The notes: generated by a model from the letters alone, not told the origin. Counted from the whole stretch's first letter, positions 21,913-31,937 are shown. The stretch: DNA of 63,881 nt, filler included, from 7 parts of 7 records of this genome joined end to end with filler, not necessarily neighbours in it; one strand, 5' to 3'. Made by a program: numbers and translations.

Positions 21913-22732
21913 AGGGATCCTCATATGGGTCAAGGTAGGAATCGGCATAGGGGTCCGAATACGGGTCCGCATAGGGATCGGCGTAATCCGTGGGTTGATC
22001 GCCGCGCAGGTCATAGCGACGGTTTTGCAGATAGATCAGACGGGCCTGCGCATAACCATCGGCACTGTCGTAATAAAGCCGGTCGATCTCATCCGCGAAC
22101 TCGTAGCGGGCATTCAGAGCGCTGGCGACATTCGCGCCCGAGATATAGTCGCTTTCGGGGGCGTTAAAGGCCAGCCGCGTGGGGTTCATCACGGTATCGA
22201 CAATCAGCCCGGCGGTGTCGCGGCTGGTCGAGGGGCCAAACAGCGGCAAGACCACATAGGCGCCTTCAGACACACCCCAGACGTGCAGGGTTTCGCCAAA
22301 ATCGGTTTCGTCCGCATAAAGCCCGGCCTCGGAGGCAGGGTCCAGCAACCCGCCAAGGCCGATTGTGCTGTTCATCAGGAAGCGGAAGGTGTTGCGCAAC
22401 GCATCGTCCAGCCGAAGCTGAAGAACGTTGTTCACCACATAAAGCGGCTGGCTGAGGTTGGACGAGGCATTGCTGATGCCTTCGCGCACCGGCTCCGGCA
22501 CAACGGTGCCATAGCCAAGGGAAACAGGCCGCACCAACGCGCGATCCACCGCAACGTTGAGACCATGCATCGCACGGTTCGATGCTTCGGTCGGGTCGTT
22601 GATCTCGGACGCGCCGGGCAGCACTGCGGGGCTGCACGCCAGCACGGCAAGCAGCGGAAGCGCCGACAAGGCAACGCGGAAACGGGATATTATGGCGGCA
22701 GCGGGCAATGGAATTCTCGTCAAGGCTTTCAT
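21902..22732 (-). CDS. mlaA: MlaA/VacJ lipoprotein (start uncertain)
   Basis: Lipobox VLA-C, DPTEASNRAM, RFLMNSTIGLGGLLD, DFGETLHVWGV, YVVLPLFGPSTSRD. Confidence 0.92.
   Translation of the reverse strand: MKALTRIPLPAAAIISRFRVALSALPLLAVLACSPAVLPGASEINDPTEASNRAMHGLNVAVDRALVRPVSLGYGTVVPEPVREGISNASSNLSQPLYVVNNVLQLRLDDALRNTFRFLMNSTIGLGGLLDPASEAGLYADETDFGETLHVWGVSEGAYVVLPLFGPSTSRDTAGLIVDTVMNPTRLAFNAPESDYISGANVASALNARYEFADEIDRLYYDSADGYAQARLIYLQNRRYDLRGDQPTDYADPYADPYSDPYADSYLDPYEDPYAQ
21905..21988 (-). repeat. 12-nt coding tandem repeat giving an acidic DPY(A/S/E) tail
   Basis: DYADPYADPYSDPYADSYLDPYEDPYAQ. Confidence 0.85.
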
Positions 22733-22885
22733 AGGCTATATACGATAATAGGGTCTCAGACCGGAAATCAAAGGCGGGTGCCAGAGGGCAATGGCAGAAT
22801 TCCCGCTTTTGATGGATTATGTGGCAGGGCAGCCAACAATTTGTGAATCCGGCGAACCGGAATCACCAGCGAGGCATAGATCGCG

Positions 22886-24634
22886 ATGAGTAGACAGGCA
22901 CAATCTGGCCGAAACATGTCAACAGATGAGCTAAGCCTTGCCGGTGGCGGTAATGGGCGACTCATCTGGGCGGTTTTCCTGTTCAGCATGTTCACCAATG
23001 CGCTCATGCTGACCGGGCCGCTTTACATGCTTCAGGTTTATGATCGCGTGCTTGGCAGCCGGTCAGAGGAAACGCTGCTGGCCCTGTCGCTGCTGGTGAC
23101 CTTCCTGTTTCTGATCATGGGCATTCTGGACTATGCGCGCGGCCGGGTGGCGGCCCGGGTTGGGGCCCGTTTGCAGGACAGGCTGGACGAACGCGTGTTT
23201 CGCGCGACCCTGTCGCGGGCGGGTCGCAGCGGTCAGCCGCATACCGGGCTGACAGATCTGGAAGCAATCCAGCGGTTTTTGTCGTCGCCGGTCTTCCTGG
23301 CGGTGTTCGACATGCCATGGACGCCGCTCTTTGTGCTGGCGATCTTCGTGTTTCATCCCTGGCTTGGCTGGCTGGCGCTGTCGGGCGGGGCCATGCTTGT
23401 GGTGATCACTCTGCTCAATCAGGCGCGTTCCACCAAGCCATTGACCGAGGCCGGAGGGTTTTCACTGATGGCGGACCGGATGGCGGGGCAATTGCAGACC
23501 GAGTCCGAGCTGGTGCGGAGCCTCGGGATGCAGGGTCGGGCTCTTGCGCGCTGGAAGATTCTGCGGGAGCGGGCCCTTGGTCAGGGGATTGCCGCCTCGG
23601 ACCGGGTCGGCGGATTTGCAACGCTGACCAAGACCCTGCGCCTGTTCCTGCAATCGGCGATGCTCGGTCTTGGCGCCTATCTGGTGCTGCAACAGGAATT
23701 GACCGCTGGTGCAATGATTGCCGGGTCCATCCTGATGGGGCGCGCACTTGCCCCGATCGAGATGGTCATCGGGCAATGGCAAGTCATCGCACGGGCCCGC
23801 GAGGGACAGCAGCGGCTGCGGGAATTGCTGACGCAGGAACGCCCCGAACCGGCGCGTCTGCGCCTGCCGCGACCCAAGGCCATGCTGGAGGTCAACCAGT
23901 TGTCCGTCGTGCCGCCGGGGCACTCTCAACCCACCCTTCGCGGTGTCACATTCCGCGTGCAACCGGGGCAGGCTGTCGGGGTCATCGGACCGTCAGGGGC
24001 GGGCAAATCCACGCTTGCCAAGGCGCTGACCGGTGTCTGGAAACCGGCAGGTGGGCAGATCCGGCTGGATGGCGCGACGCTGGATCAATACGATCCGGAC
24101 CTGCTTGGTCAGCTTATCGGCTATCTGCCTCAGACTGTGACGCTGTTTGACGGAACGCTGGCGGAAAACATCGCAAGGCTGGAGGCAGAGCCCGACCCCG
24201 CCAAGGTCGTGGAGGCAGCTGAACGCGCCGATGCCGATGCGCTGATCCGCCGCCAGAGCGAAGGCTACGATACGCGCATGGTGGGCGGCGGCAACCGGCT
24301 GTCGGGGGGGCAGATTCAGCGGATCGGGCTGGCACGGGCGCTTTATGGCGACCCGGTGCTTTTGGTGCTGGATGAGCCGAATTCGAACCTCGACAATGAC
24401 GGGGCCGAGGCGCTGAACCGGGCCATTCGGGCGATGAAGGATGCGGGCCACGCGGTGCTTATCATGGCGCATCGCCCGGCGGCCATCCGGGAATGCGACA
24501 ACCTTCTGGTTCTGGACAATGGAAGCGCGCGAGCCTTCGGCCCAAGGGATGAAGTGCTGCAAAAAGTCGTCAGGAACGCCGATCAGGTGGCCGCCTCGGC
24601 CCGTGGCCCGGTCGCGCAGGGGGGGATCAGCTGA
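22886..24634 (+). CDS. Type I secretion ABC permease/ATPase (PrtD-like)
   Basis: LYMLQVYDRVL, GPSGAGKST, LSGGQIQRIGLARA, LDEPNSNLD. Confidence 0.95.
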   Translation: MSRQAQSGRNMSTDELSLAGGGNGRLIWAVFLFSMFTNALMLTGPLYMLQVYDRVLGSRSEETLLALSLLVTFLFLIMGILDYARGRVAARVGARLQDRLDERVFRATLSRAGRSGQPHTGLTDLEAIQRFLSSPVFLAVFDMPWTPLFVLAIFVFHPWLGWLALSGGAMLVVITLLNQARSTKPLTEAGGFSLMADRMAGQLQTESELVRSLGMQGRALARWKILRERALGQGIAASDRVGGFATLTKTLRLFLQSAMLGLGAYLVLQQELTAGAMIAGSILMGRALAPIEMVIGQWQVIARAREGQQRLRELLTQERPEPARLRLPRPKAMLEVNQLSVVPPGHSQPTLRGVTFRVQPGQAVGVIGPSGAGKSTLAKALTGVWKPAGGQIRLDGATLDQYDPDLLGQLIGYLPQTVTLFDGTLAENIARLEAEPDPAKVVEAAERADADALIRRQSEGYDTRMVGGGNRLSGGQIQRIGLARALYGDPVLLVLDEPNSNLDNDGAEALNRAIRAMKDAGHAVLIMAHRPAAIRECDNLLVLDNGSARAFGPRDEVLQKVVRNADQVAASARGPVAQGGIS

Positions 24635-25944
24635 TGGCCGTGGAGACATCGCAGAACGCATGGTCTGTTCGCGGGCCGATGATACTGGGGATGCTGGCCC
24701 TGGTCGCGCTTGTGGGTGGTTTCGGGGCCTGGGCGGCCCTGTCGAACATCGCTGGTGCCGTTGTGGCATCCGGCCAGATCGAGGTCGATCGCAACCGGCA
24801 GGCCGTGCAGCACCCCGACGGAGGCGTGGTCCTGTCGCTCGATGTGATCGAGGGGCAGCGCGTGGCCGAGGGGGATGTTCTGATGCGGCTCGATCCGTCC
24901 GATCTGCAATCCTCGCTGTCCGTTGCCAATGCACAGCTGAACGAATGGCGCGCCCGGCAGGCCCGGCTGGAGGCCGAGCGGGACCTTGCGATGGAGATCA
25001 CCTTTCCCGCAGATCTGCTTGACGCTGCGTCGGATGATGCCGATCTGGCGGAACTGCTGGAGGGGCAACGCAATCTCTTCGCCGCGCGGGTGGAGGCCCT
25101 GACCCAGGCGACCGACCAGCTCAACCGCCGCGCCGATCAGATCCGCGCGCAGGTGGAGGGTATCGCGGCACAGAGTGCGGCCCTGACCGATCAACGCGAC
25201 CTGGTGGAGCTGGAGCTTGTCAGCGTCCAGGATCTGATCGACCGCGGCCTTGCGGAGGCGTCCCGCGGGTTGGCCCTGCGCCGCGAAAGCGCGCGGCTGC
25301 TGGGGACATTGGGGGAACTGGATGCAAGTGCCGCCGAGGCGGCCGGGCGGATCACCGAGATCGACCTTCAGATTCTGCAACTGGAAACCGAGCGGCGGGA
25401 AGAGGCCATCGCGCAGCTGCGCGAGGTGCGGGTGGAACAGGCGGAACTGGCGGAACGGGCGCGCGCCCTGACCCGGCAGATGGGCGAAACCGAGATTCGC
25501 GCGCCGGTTGACGGGGTTGTCTACGGGCTCAGCATCTTTGGGGCGCGCTCGGTGGTGCAGGCGGCGCAACCGGTTCTCTACCTTGTGCCGCAGGACCGGC
25601 CGCTGGTGATTTCGACCCGGATCGCACCGACCAATGTCGACGAGGTCTTCGTCGGGCAGGATGTTGTGCTGCGCTTTCCAGCCTTTGATTCACGCAACAC
25701 GCCGGAGCTGTTCGGACAGGTGCGGCAGGTGTCGGCGGATGCGTTCGTCGATGAAAACTCGGGCATCAGCTATTACGAGGCCGAGATTGTCCTGAACGAG
25801 GGCGAAGCCGCGCGGCTGGCAAACGAAACCCTGCTGCCCGGGATGCCGGTCGAGGCCTTCATCCGCACCGAGGACCGTACGCCGCTGGCCTATCTGCTGC
25901 GCCCGCTGACGGACTACTTCAACCGGGCCTTCCGCGAAGGATAG
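24634..25944 (+). CDS. Type I secretion membrane-fusion protein (HlyD/PrtE-like)
   Basis: VQHPDGGVV, IRAPVDG, LLPGMPVEAFIRT..YLLRPLTD. Confidence 0.95.
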   Translation: MAVETSQNAWSVRGPMILGMLALVALVGGFGAWAALSNIAGAVVASGQIEVDRNRQAVQHPDGGVVLSLDVIEGQRVAEGDVLMRLDPSDLQSSLSVANAQLNEWRARQARLEAERDLAMEITFPADLLDAASDDADLAELLEGQRNLFAARVEALTQATDQLNRRADQIRAQVEGIAAQSAALTDQRDLVELELVSVQDLIDRGLAEASRGLALRRESARLLGTLGELDASAAEAAGRITEIDLQILQLETERREEAIAQLREVRVEQAELAERARALTRQMGETEIRAPVDGVVYGLSIFGARSVVQAAQPVLYLVPQDRPLVISTRIAPTNVDEVFVGQDVVLRFPAFDSRNTPELFGQVRQVSADAFVDENSGISYYEAEIVLNEGEAARLANETLLPGMPVEAFIRTEDRTPLAYLLRPLTDYFNRAFREG

Positions 25945-25997
25945 GCGATTTCGCCGCGCCGTTGGCGCGCCGACCGGGGAACGCGCCTCGTCAGGCC

Positions 25998-26097
25998 NNN
26001 NNNNNNNNNNNNNNNNNNNNNNNNNNNNNNNNNNNNNNNNNTTAATTAATTAANNNNNNNNNNNNNNNNNNNNNNNNNNNNNNNNNNNNNNNNNNNN
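25998..26097. other. Artificial contig linker
   Basis: N44-TTAATTAATTAA-N44. Confidence 0.99.
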
Positions 26098-26103
26098 AAG
26101 CAC

Positions 26104-26210
26104 AAAAAAACGGGCGCGCGGCCCGTCATATATTCCGGTGGTGCCCCGGACCCAAAGACCCGACGCGCCGCTGTTGAAAGCCATATACGCCCGTTCCCCC
26201 GAGTCTGCAA
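26104..26210 (-). promoter_or_regulatory. sigma70-like promoter and a leader ending in a terminator-like hairpin, for a gene lost in the gap
   Basis: Minus strand TTGCAG(26210-26205)-17nt-TATATG(26187-26182); ACGGGC-CGCGC-GCCCGT plus T-run at 26126-26104. Confidence 0.6.
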
Positions 26211-26264
26211 CCCCCGGTGTTTCGTGTGACGCGTTTCGCGACGCAACTCAGGTATGAAATCAGG

Positions 26265-27095
26265 TTAAAGCATCCACCAACGTTCTGCGATCCGCCCATC
26301 ATCCAGTACCGCGCGGGGGCTGATTTGACGGGGCATGCCGACAGTGCCAGCGACAGCTAATGCCATGTCACGTTCGGATGGGTGGTAACGGAATTTTGCC
26401 CGTTCGCGCAGGCCTTCGGGTTGGGGCAGGGCGGCCACATCTACGTATCCGTCGCGCAGGGCTTCGGCGCGGACTGCGGCATCGGGGATCACGATCACCT
26501 CAACCTGATCGACCCAGCCAGCCAGCCTTTGTTTGTAATGATTGGGCTGTTTGATGCCGCGAAAATTGCGTCCGTCTTGGGCATGGGACGCGCGATAGCA
26601 ACCTGTCCCAATCGCTGTCGCAAGGGGACCGTTTATCTGCCCATTGGGTCCAATACGACACTGTGCATCAGCCAACAGGAAGGGGAGCCCGGGATTGCCC
26701 TGCGCCAATTCCAGTCGCAATTGAGATGGTCCCGTCGCTACAATACTGTTCAGTTCGTGTAGTGTTTCCAGCGATTTGGTCACATCGGTGATCTGCAGGA
26801 TGGTGCCGTCATGAAACAAAACGTCGTCACGCAGGTCGATGGTCCAAATGCGGGCATCGGGGCTGGCTTGCCAGCTGGTCGCGAGTTCCCCGCGCAAAGC
26901 GCCGTCTGGGCCGATTTCCGTCAGAGTATCAAACATAGCGCCCCGGGCGACCCGGTCGAGCGACTCGTCACGTGGCACGGCAAGGCGCAGGATGCCGCCT
27001 GCTTTTGGCGCGGCGTCGAGGGCGACTCCGGTTGCGGCCAGCAATGCGGCGGCTGCACCAGTTGAAAAGAGCGCGCGGCGGTCGATGCGGGTCAT
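26265..27095 (-). CDS. Shortened family-5 (peptide/nickel) ABC substrate-binding protein with Tat signal
   Basis: IDRRALF leader, FDTLTEI..GELATSW, LRDDVLFHDG, IGTGCY; only 276 aa. Confidence 0.8.
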   Translation of the reverse strand: MTRIDRRALFSTGAAAALLAATGVALDAAPKAGGILRLAVPRDESLDRVARGAMFDTLTEIGPDGALRGELATSWQASPDARIWTIDLRDDVLFHDGTILQITDVTKSLETLHELNSIVATGPSQLRLELAQGNPGLPFLLADAQCRIGPNGQINGPLATAIGTGCYRASHAQDGRNFRGIKQPNHYKQRLAGWVDQVEVIVIPDAAVRAEALRDGYVDVAALPQPEGLRERAKFRYHPSERDMALAVAGTVGMPRQISPRAVLDDGRIAERWWML

Positions 27096-28069
27096 GTTAT
27101 TTGCTCCGCTATGCGATCCATGGCGCGCACCAGTTCGGCGCTGATGCCGGGTTCTGACAAGGCGTGCCCGGCGTTGCGGACCATTTTGAGTTCGGACATC
27201 GGCCAGAGCTCACTGAGTTTCCAAGCAGAGCTGGGTGGGCAGATCATGTCATAGCGCCCTTGAACGATGACGCCGGGGATGTGCGAAATGCGGCCCATGT
27301 TCGCAAGGATCTGACCGTCGAATTCCAGAAATCCATCGTTGATAAAGTAATGGTTTTCGAGACGGGCAAAGGCGCGAGCGTACTCGCCGGGGCTTTCGCC
27401 GGTCGAGCCACTGGAGTGAATCGAGGCCAGCGCATTTTCCCAAGCGGACCAAGCCCGACCGTAACGGATTTCCTCGGCCATGTTTCCGGAAAATAGGCGT
27501 TTGTGATACGCTTCGATCATGTTCCCATGTTCGTTCTCGGGGATGAGATTGGCGAACCGCGCCCATGTTTCGGGCCAGAATTTTCCAGCTCCACCTCCAT
27601 AAAACCAATCCAGTTCGGATTGGGTCATCAGGAAAACACCACGCAAAATCAGGTGCATAACCCGATCCGGATGCGCCTGTGCATAAATCAGCGACAAGGT
27701 TGCACCCCAGCTGCCGCCAAAGACCATCCACTGTTCGATGTCGAACGTGCGTCGGATGGTTTCGATGTCGGAGACCAAATGCCATGTCGTGTTATCCTCG
27801 ACCGAGGCATAGGGGCGCGAGCGACCGCAGCCGCGTTGATCAAACAGAATCACGCGATAGACAGCGGGATCGAAATAGCGCCGCATCGCGGGGCTGCATC
27901 CACCGCCGGGGCCGCCGTGCAGAACCACAACGGGCACACCGTGTGGGTTGCCGCATTGTTCGACATAGATGCGATGGCCTTGTCCAACATCGAGAATCCG
28001 CTGATCAAAAGGTTCGATCGGCGGGTAGAGATATTGCACTGCGCGCTTTTGGTCCGGGTATTTGTCCAT
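27092..28069 (-). CDS. pip: Proline iminopeptidase
   Basis: HGGPGGG, FDQRGCGRS, GGSWG nucleophile elbow, GRYDMICP, AGH. Confidence 0.96.
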   Translation of the reverse strand: MDKYPDQKRAVQYLYPPIEPFDQRILDVGQGHRIYVEQCGNPHGVPVVVLHGGPGGGCSPAMRRYFDPAVYRVILFDQRGCGRSRPYASVEDNTTWHLVSDIETIRRTFDIEQWMVFGGSWGATLSLIYAQAHPDRVMHLILRGVFLMTQSELDWFYGGGAGKFWPETWARFANLIPENEHGNMIEAYHKRLFSGNMAEEIRYGRAWSAWENALASIHSSGSTGESPGEYARAFARLENHYFINDGFLEFDGQILANMGRISHIPGVIVQGRYDMICPPSSAWKLSELWPMSELKMVRNAGHALSEPGISAELVRAMDRIAEQIT

Positions 28070-28117
28070 TATGGGCCTATATAGTCCTTAAGGATAAAAG
28101 AGCACACGGAGACAGGA

Positions 28118-28864
28118 ATGCAAGCGCATCCAAACACAGTGGACCCGTCTGAGGTTGCCAAATTCGAAGCGATGGCTGCGGAATGGTGGGATCCCAACGG
28201 TAAATTCAAACCGCTTCATATGCTCAATCCGTGTCGTTTGGACTATATTACACAGCAGATCGCGGGTGAGTTTGACCGGGATCTGACGCAGTCTAACCCT
28301 TTCAAAGGATTGCGTATTCTGGACATTGGCTGTGGCGGCGGACTGCTGTCAGAGCCGATGGCGCGTTTGGGGGCGACTGTGGTGGGCGCAGATGCCGCAG
28401 GGGGGAACCTGCCGGTGGCGCAATTGCATGCTGAACAATCTGGTCTGGAAATTGATTATCGTCACACCACAGCCGAAGATCTGGCCGCAGCGGGCGAACA
28501 GTTTGATGTGGTTCTGAATATGGAAGTCGTCGAGCACGTCGCTGATCCGCTTGCCTATCTGACTGCAACACAACAGCTTTTGCGCCCCGGTGGGTTGGAG
28601 ATCTGTTCGACGATCAACCGCAATCCCAAGTCATACGCCGTGGCGATTGTGGGAGCCGAGGTGATCATGAAATGGCTGCCCAAAGGCACGCATGAGTGGT
28701 CGAAATTCATCACGCCGGATGAGCTGGCCGAGCTGCTGACCCAAGCCGGGCTGGACGTGGTGGATCGAAAGGGATTCGTATTCAATCCGATCTTGTGGAG
28801 CTGGTCGATTTCGGACCGGGATCTGAGCGTGAACTATGTCACTGCCAGCGTGAAGCCCAGCTAA
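28118..28864 (+). CDS. ubiG: Ubiquinone biosynthesis O-methyltransferase
   Basis: [44 protein letters not shown]. Confidence 0.96.
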   Translation: MQAHPNTVDPSEVAKFEAMAAEWWDPNGKFKPLHMLNPCRLDYITQQIAGEFDRDLTQSNPFKGLRILDIGCGGGLLSEPMARLGATVVGADAAGGNLPVAQLHAEQSGLEIDYRHTTAEDLAAAGEQFDVVLNMEVVEHVADPLAYLTATQQLLRPGGLEICSTINRNPKSYAVAIVGAEVIMKWLPKGTHEWSKFITPDELAELLTQAGLDVVDRKGFVFNPILWSWSISDRDLSVNYVTASVKPS

Positions 28865-28874
28865 CGCACGCCCT

Positions 28875-29067
28875 GTTAACCGCCAATTCGCGGGCCCGCA
28901 GGGCGCAAATCAGAGCCTGTTTTGGGGACCCTGGCCGGGATTTTGTACGATTCACGCCTTGTCAAAGATGCTGAAAATCCCCCAGTTTTGGAATATTGGG
29001 GAGTTTGGGCGTGATTTCGTACGAACCGACCCTGCACTCCGCGTTTGCGGGTGCGAATCAGGTTAAC
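28875..29067. repeat. Nested imperfect palindromic element (REPIN/MITE-like candidate)
   Basis: Outer arms GTTAACC..ATTCGC..CCCGCA / TGCGGG.GCGAAT..GGTTAAC; inner arms GTACGATTCACGCC (28945-28958) / GGCGTGATTTCGTAC (29008-29022); core CCCCAGT / ATTGGGG. Confidence 0.45.
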
Positions 29068-29082
29068 GAAGAGACGAATGGT

Positions 29083-29574
29083 ATGGAAAAATATTTCTTT
29101 GAGTTGCCGGTCTATCGCCTGCCTGAAAATGAATACTACGCAAAACGGGCTATGAAAATTGACTGCCAAATGGAGATTTATGCAGGCTCTGGAATCTCTG
29201 ATGAGATTCTGTCCAAAAACCGGAGCTCAAGAAGCCTGCATCAACATTTGAAATATGGACCGTGGACCTACAACGAAATTGTCGGGTAAGTGCGGCTGTA
29301 TTTCCGAGGCTCTCAAGTATTGGGGGAATATTTCAGTGCAGAGAAAAAGCGTGCGGTTCTGACGCGTCGAAAAGTGTTCTTCTATCGAACTCACAAGCTA
29401 TCTTGGGAAGATAGTATTGCATTGGATGCTTCGAATGCAGAGGTTTTTGAATTTATCAAAGAGTATGTTGAGCGTTGTAAAAAAGAGCTGAGACAAGGAC
29501 GTGTGATTGATACAACATACTTGTATCAACTGGGCCCGCATGTTGATTGGAGCACACTTAGACGAACTGGCTGA
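29083..29574 (+). pseudogene. AT-rich hypothetical gene interrupted by an in-frame TAA (29287-29289)
   Basis: MEKYFFELPVYRL..GPWTYNEIVG*VRLYFRGSQVLGEY.. continues in the same frame; composition differs from flanks. Confidence 0.7.
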
Positions 29575-29612
29575 AGACTAAGCATTTTTTGCTTAGGACA
29601 GTTTAAGTCGAT

Positions 29613-30053
29613 CTACCCATCTTCCAACTGAATGCGCAGATCCCGCAGGACGGGCAAGGCGGTGCGGACGCGGTCTGATCCGAGTTCGCCCACGACCTTG
29701 GTGATCAGCGGCGCGATGGTGGAAATCGCGCGATCACGGGCTTGCAGACCGGCGGGGCTGAGCGCGACCATCTTGCGGCGCGCATCGTCCCAATCCGGGC
29801 GGATGTGGATGTATCCGGCCCATTCCAGTTTAGCCAAAGTATTGGTGATGGCACCACGCGTCACATGGAAGGTGGTGGCCAATTGCGCCGGGGTGCGTTC
29901 GCCGCCAACTGAGGCCAGATGGTTCAGCACTGAGAAATGCGAAATTTCCATGCCTTTTGGGAGCGCACGGCTGAGCCGATTGCGCAGCAGTTGGTCTGCG
30001 GTCAGGATCTCGCTGAACAGCGTGATCGCTAAGGCATTGGTATCGTCGGTCAT
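29613..30053 (-). CDS. MarR-family regulator
   Basis: HFSVLNHL, TPAQLA..VTRGAITNTL, DDARRKMVALSPAG. Confidence 0.92.
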   Translation of the reverse strand: MTDDTNALAITLFSEILTADQLLRNRLSRALPKGMEISHFSVLNHLASVGGERTPAQLATTFHVTRGAITNTLAKLEWAGYIHIRPDWDDARRKMVALSPAGLQARDRAISTIAPLITKVVGELGSDRVRTALPVLRDLRIQLEDG

Positions 30054-30066
30054 TTTCAGATCTGGA

Positions 30067-30897
30067 TTAGGGGCCGGTGAAGGGCCGAACATGAGTCAGA
30101 ACAGGCACTTTGCGCCGTGCTTCTGTAACAGATGTATCATCCAGATCAAAATAGTGAATGCCCGGAGTGGTCCCTGCGTCGATTAGGACCTCGCCCCAGG
30201 GCGCGACAACCAGCGAATGGCCGTGGGTATATCGCACCTTGCCGCGGGTTGTGGGGTGTTCGCCGCATTGGCCCGGTGCAATCACCCAGCACCCGGTTTC
30301 AATGGCGCGGGCGCGCAGCAGCGATTCCCAATGGGCCGCGCCGGTGACGGGCGAAAACGCTGCCGGGACAGTGAGGATCGTGGCACCTGCATGGGCCAGT
30401 TGGGCGTGCAGATGTGGAAACCGTAGGTCGTAACAGATGGTCATGCCGACTTTGCCGAAATCGGTATCGGCCACCACAGCCCGTTCGCCGGGGCGATAGT
30501 TGGCTGATTCGCGGAAGGTTTCGGTTTCGGTAACTTGCACATCGAACATGTGGATCTTGTCGTACTGCGCGACGATGTCGCCCTGTGGGTTGATCATGAA
30601 CGAGCGGTTGGCAAAGCGGCCATCGGCGTCGTGCGTTTTGATCCCCAGTGATCCGATCAGAATCCAGATCCCCAATTCAGCGGCTTGGGCGCGCAGACCG
30701 GCGAGGGTGATGTCATCCTCTTGGTGTTGCAGAACGGCGCGCTGGCGTGTGGTGCTGGTTGAGACGCAGTTCGTCACCTCGGGGGTGAGGATGAATTGCG
30801 CGCCATTGGCCGCCGCCTCGGCGATCATGCCGCGCACCATGGTCAGGTTTGCGGCGGGATCGTCCGAAGAGGTGATTTGGATCAAGGCCGTTTTCAT
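30067..30897 (-). CDS. Carbon-nitrogen hydrolase (Nit1 / deaminated-glutathione amidase-like)
   Basis: LTPE, YDKIHMFDV, TICYDLRFP triad; HWESLLRARAIE. Confidence 0.93.
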   Translation of the reverse strand: MKTALIQITSSDDPAANLTMVRGMIAEAAANGAQFILTPEVTNCVSTSTTRQRAVLQHQEDDITLAGLRAQAAELGIWILIGSLGIKTHDADGRFANRSFMINPQGDIVAQYDKIHMFDVQVTETETFRESANYRPGERAVVADTDFGKVGMTICYDLRFPHLHAQLAHAGATILTVPAAFSPVTGAAHWESLLRARAIETGCWVIAPGQCGEHPTTRGKVRYTHGHSLVVAPWGEVLIDAGTTPGIHYFDLDDTSVTEARRKVPVLTHVRPFTGP

Positions 30898-31154
30898 CAG
30901 GCCGCCAGCAACCCGTCGAGTTTGCCGTCCTGTTCCAGTTCATACAGGTCATCGCAGCCGCCCACGTGGGTTTCGCCCACAAAGATTTGCGGAACGGTTC
31001 GTCCACCATTGGCGCGCTGGATCATCTCGGGCTTACGCTTGGGGTTCCGCAGCACGTCGATTTCGGTGAATTCAACGCCCTTTTGGTTCAACAGGCGTTT
31101 GGCTGCGTGGCAGAATCCGCAGAGCGGTGAGGTGTAGATTTCAACCGGTTTCAT
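30897..31154 (-). CDS. grxC: Glutaredoxin 3
   Basis: CGFC, TVPQIF, GGCDDL. Confidence 0.95.
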   Translation of the reverse strand: MKPVEIYTSPLCGFCHAAKRLLNQKGVEFTEIDVLRNPKRKPEMIQRANGGRTVPQIFVGETHVGGCDDLYELEQDGKLDGLLAA

Positions 31155-31191
31155 GTTCGTTCCCTAGAAAGTTGCGTCAATCTAGGGGGAA

Positions 31192-31920
31192 TTAGGTGTG
31201 CTTGGCAACGCGCGCCAGTGTGAGCACGAAAATATGATGAGCGCCGCCCGCAAGACAGGCATTGGCGCAGGCGGTGAGGGTGGCGCCTGATGTCATCACG
31301 TCATCCACCAGCAGCACGTCGCGCGCGGCCATGCGGTGGCGGCGTTTGGGGTGGGGGTGGATCGCGTCGGACAGGGTTTTGTTGCGTTCATCTGCGGTCA
31401 TCCCCTCGAGCATCGGGGTGGGTTTGGTGCGTTGCAGCAGGTCAGGGCAATACGCAAGGTTGGTTTGTGTGGCGATGTGCTGGGCCAGCAGGGCAGATTG
31501 GTTGTAGCGGCGTTTGATCAGGCGGGATCGGTGCAGGGGCACCGGCGCGATCAGCATTTTGTCGTGCAGCATGGGTTTGGCGACGCGCGCCATCCACAGT
31601 GCGGCGGGGCGGGCGAATTCGGGACGGTCCCCGTGTTTGAGGCCAAGCACCATGCGTCGCGCCCGTCCGGTATAGAGCAGGGCTGCGCGGCCATCGCGCC
31701 ATGGGCGGGGCGTGGTCATGCAGTCGTCGCATTCGATCCGGTGACCATCGGTCGCGCCCGGCAGCGGGGTGCCGCAGCTTTCGCAGAGGGTGCCCGCGAT
31801 GAACGGGGTTTCGCGCCAACAGGGGCCGCACAGACCAAAGTCAGATGTGACCAGATCCCCGCACCCCAGACAGCGTGGCGGGTAGATCAGTTCGATGGCG
31901 GTTTGAATTTGGGGCCACAT
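31192..31920 (-). CDS. comF: ComF-family protein (Zn ribbon + phosphoribosyltransferase)
   Basis: CxxC pairs, RRYNQSA, LVDDVMTSGATL. Confidence 0.92.
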   Translation of the reverse strand: MWPQIQTAIELIYPPRCLGCGDLVTSDFGLCGPCWRETPFIAGTLCESCGTPLPGATDGHRIECDDCMTTPRPWRDGRAALLYTGRARRMVLGLKHGDRPEFARPAALWMARVAKPMLHDKMLIAPVPLHRSRLIKRRYNQSALLAQHIATQTNLAYCPDLLQRTKPTPMLEGMTADERNKTLSDAIHPHPKRRHRMAARDVLLVDDVMTSGATLTACANACLAGGAHHIFVLTLARVAKHT

Positions 31921-31937
31921 CGGATTAATTGCACCTC

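Noticed and set aside
28858-29067. Integron attC site
   Set aside because: Ends do not fit RYYYAAC/GTTRRRY, and there is no integrase or second cassette.
29287-29289. Stop-codon recoding (Sec/Pyl or alternative code)
   Set aside because: The codon is TAA, which ends other genes on this contig normally; a nonsense mutation or read error is simpler.
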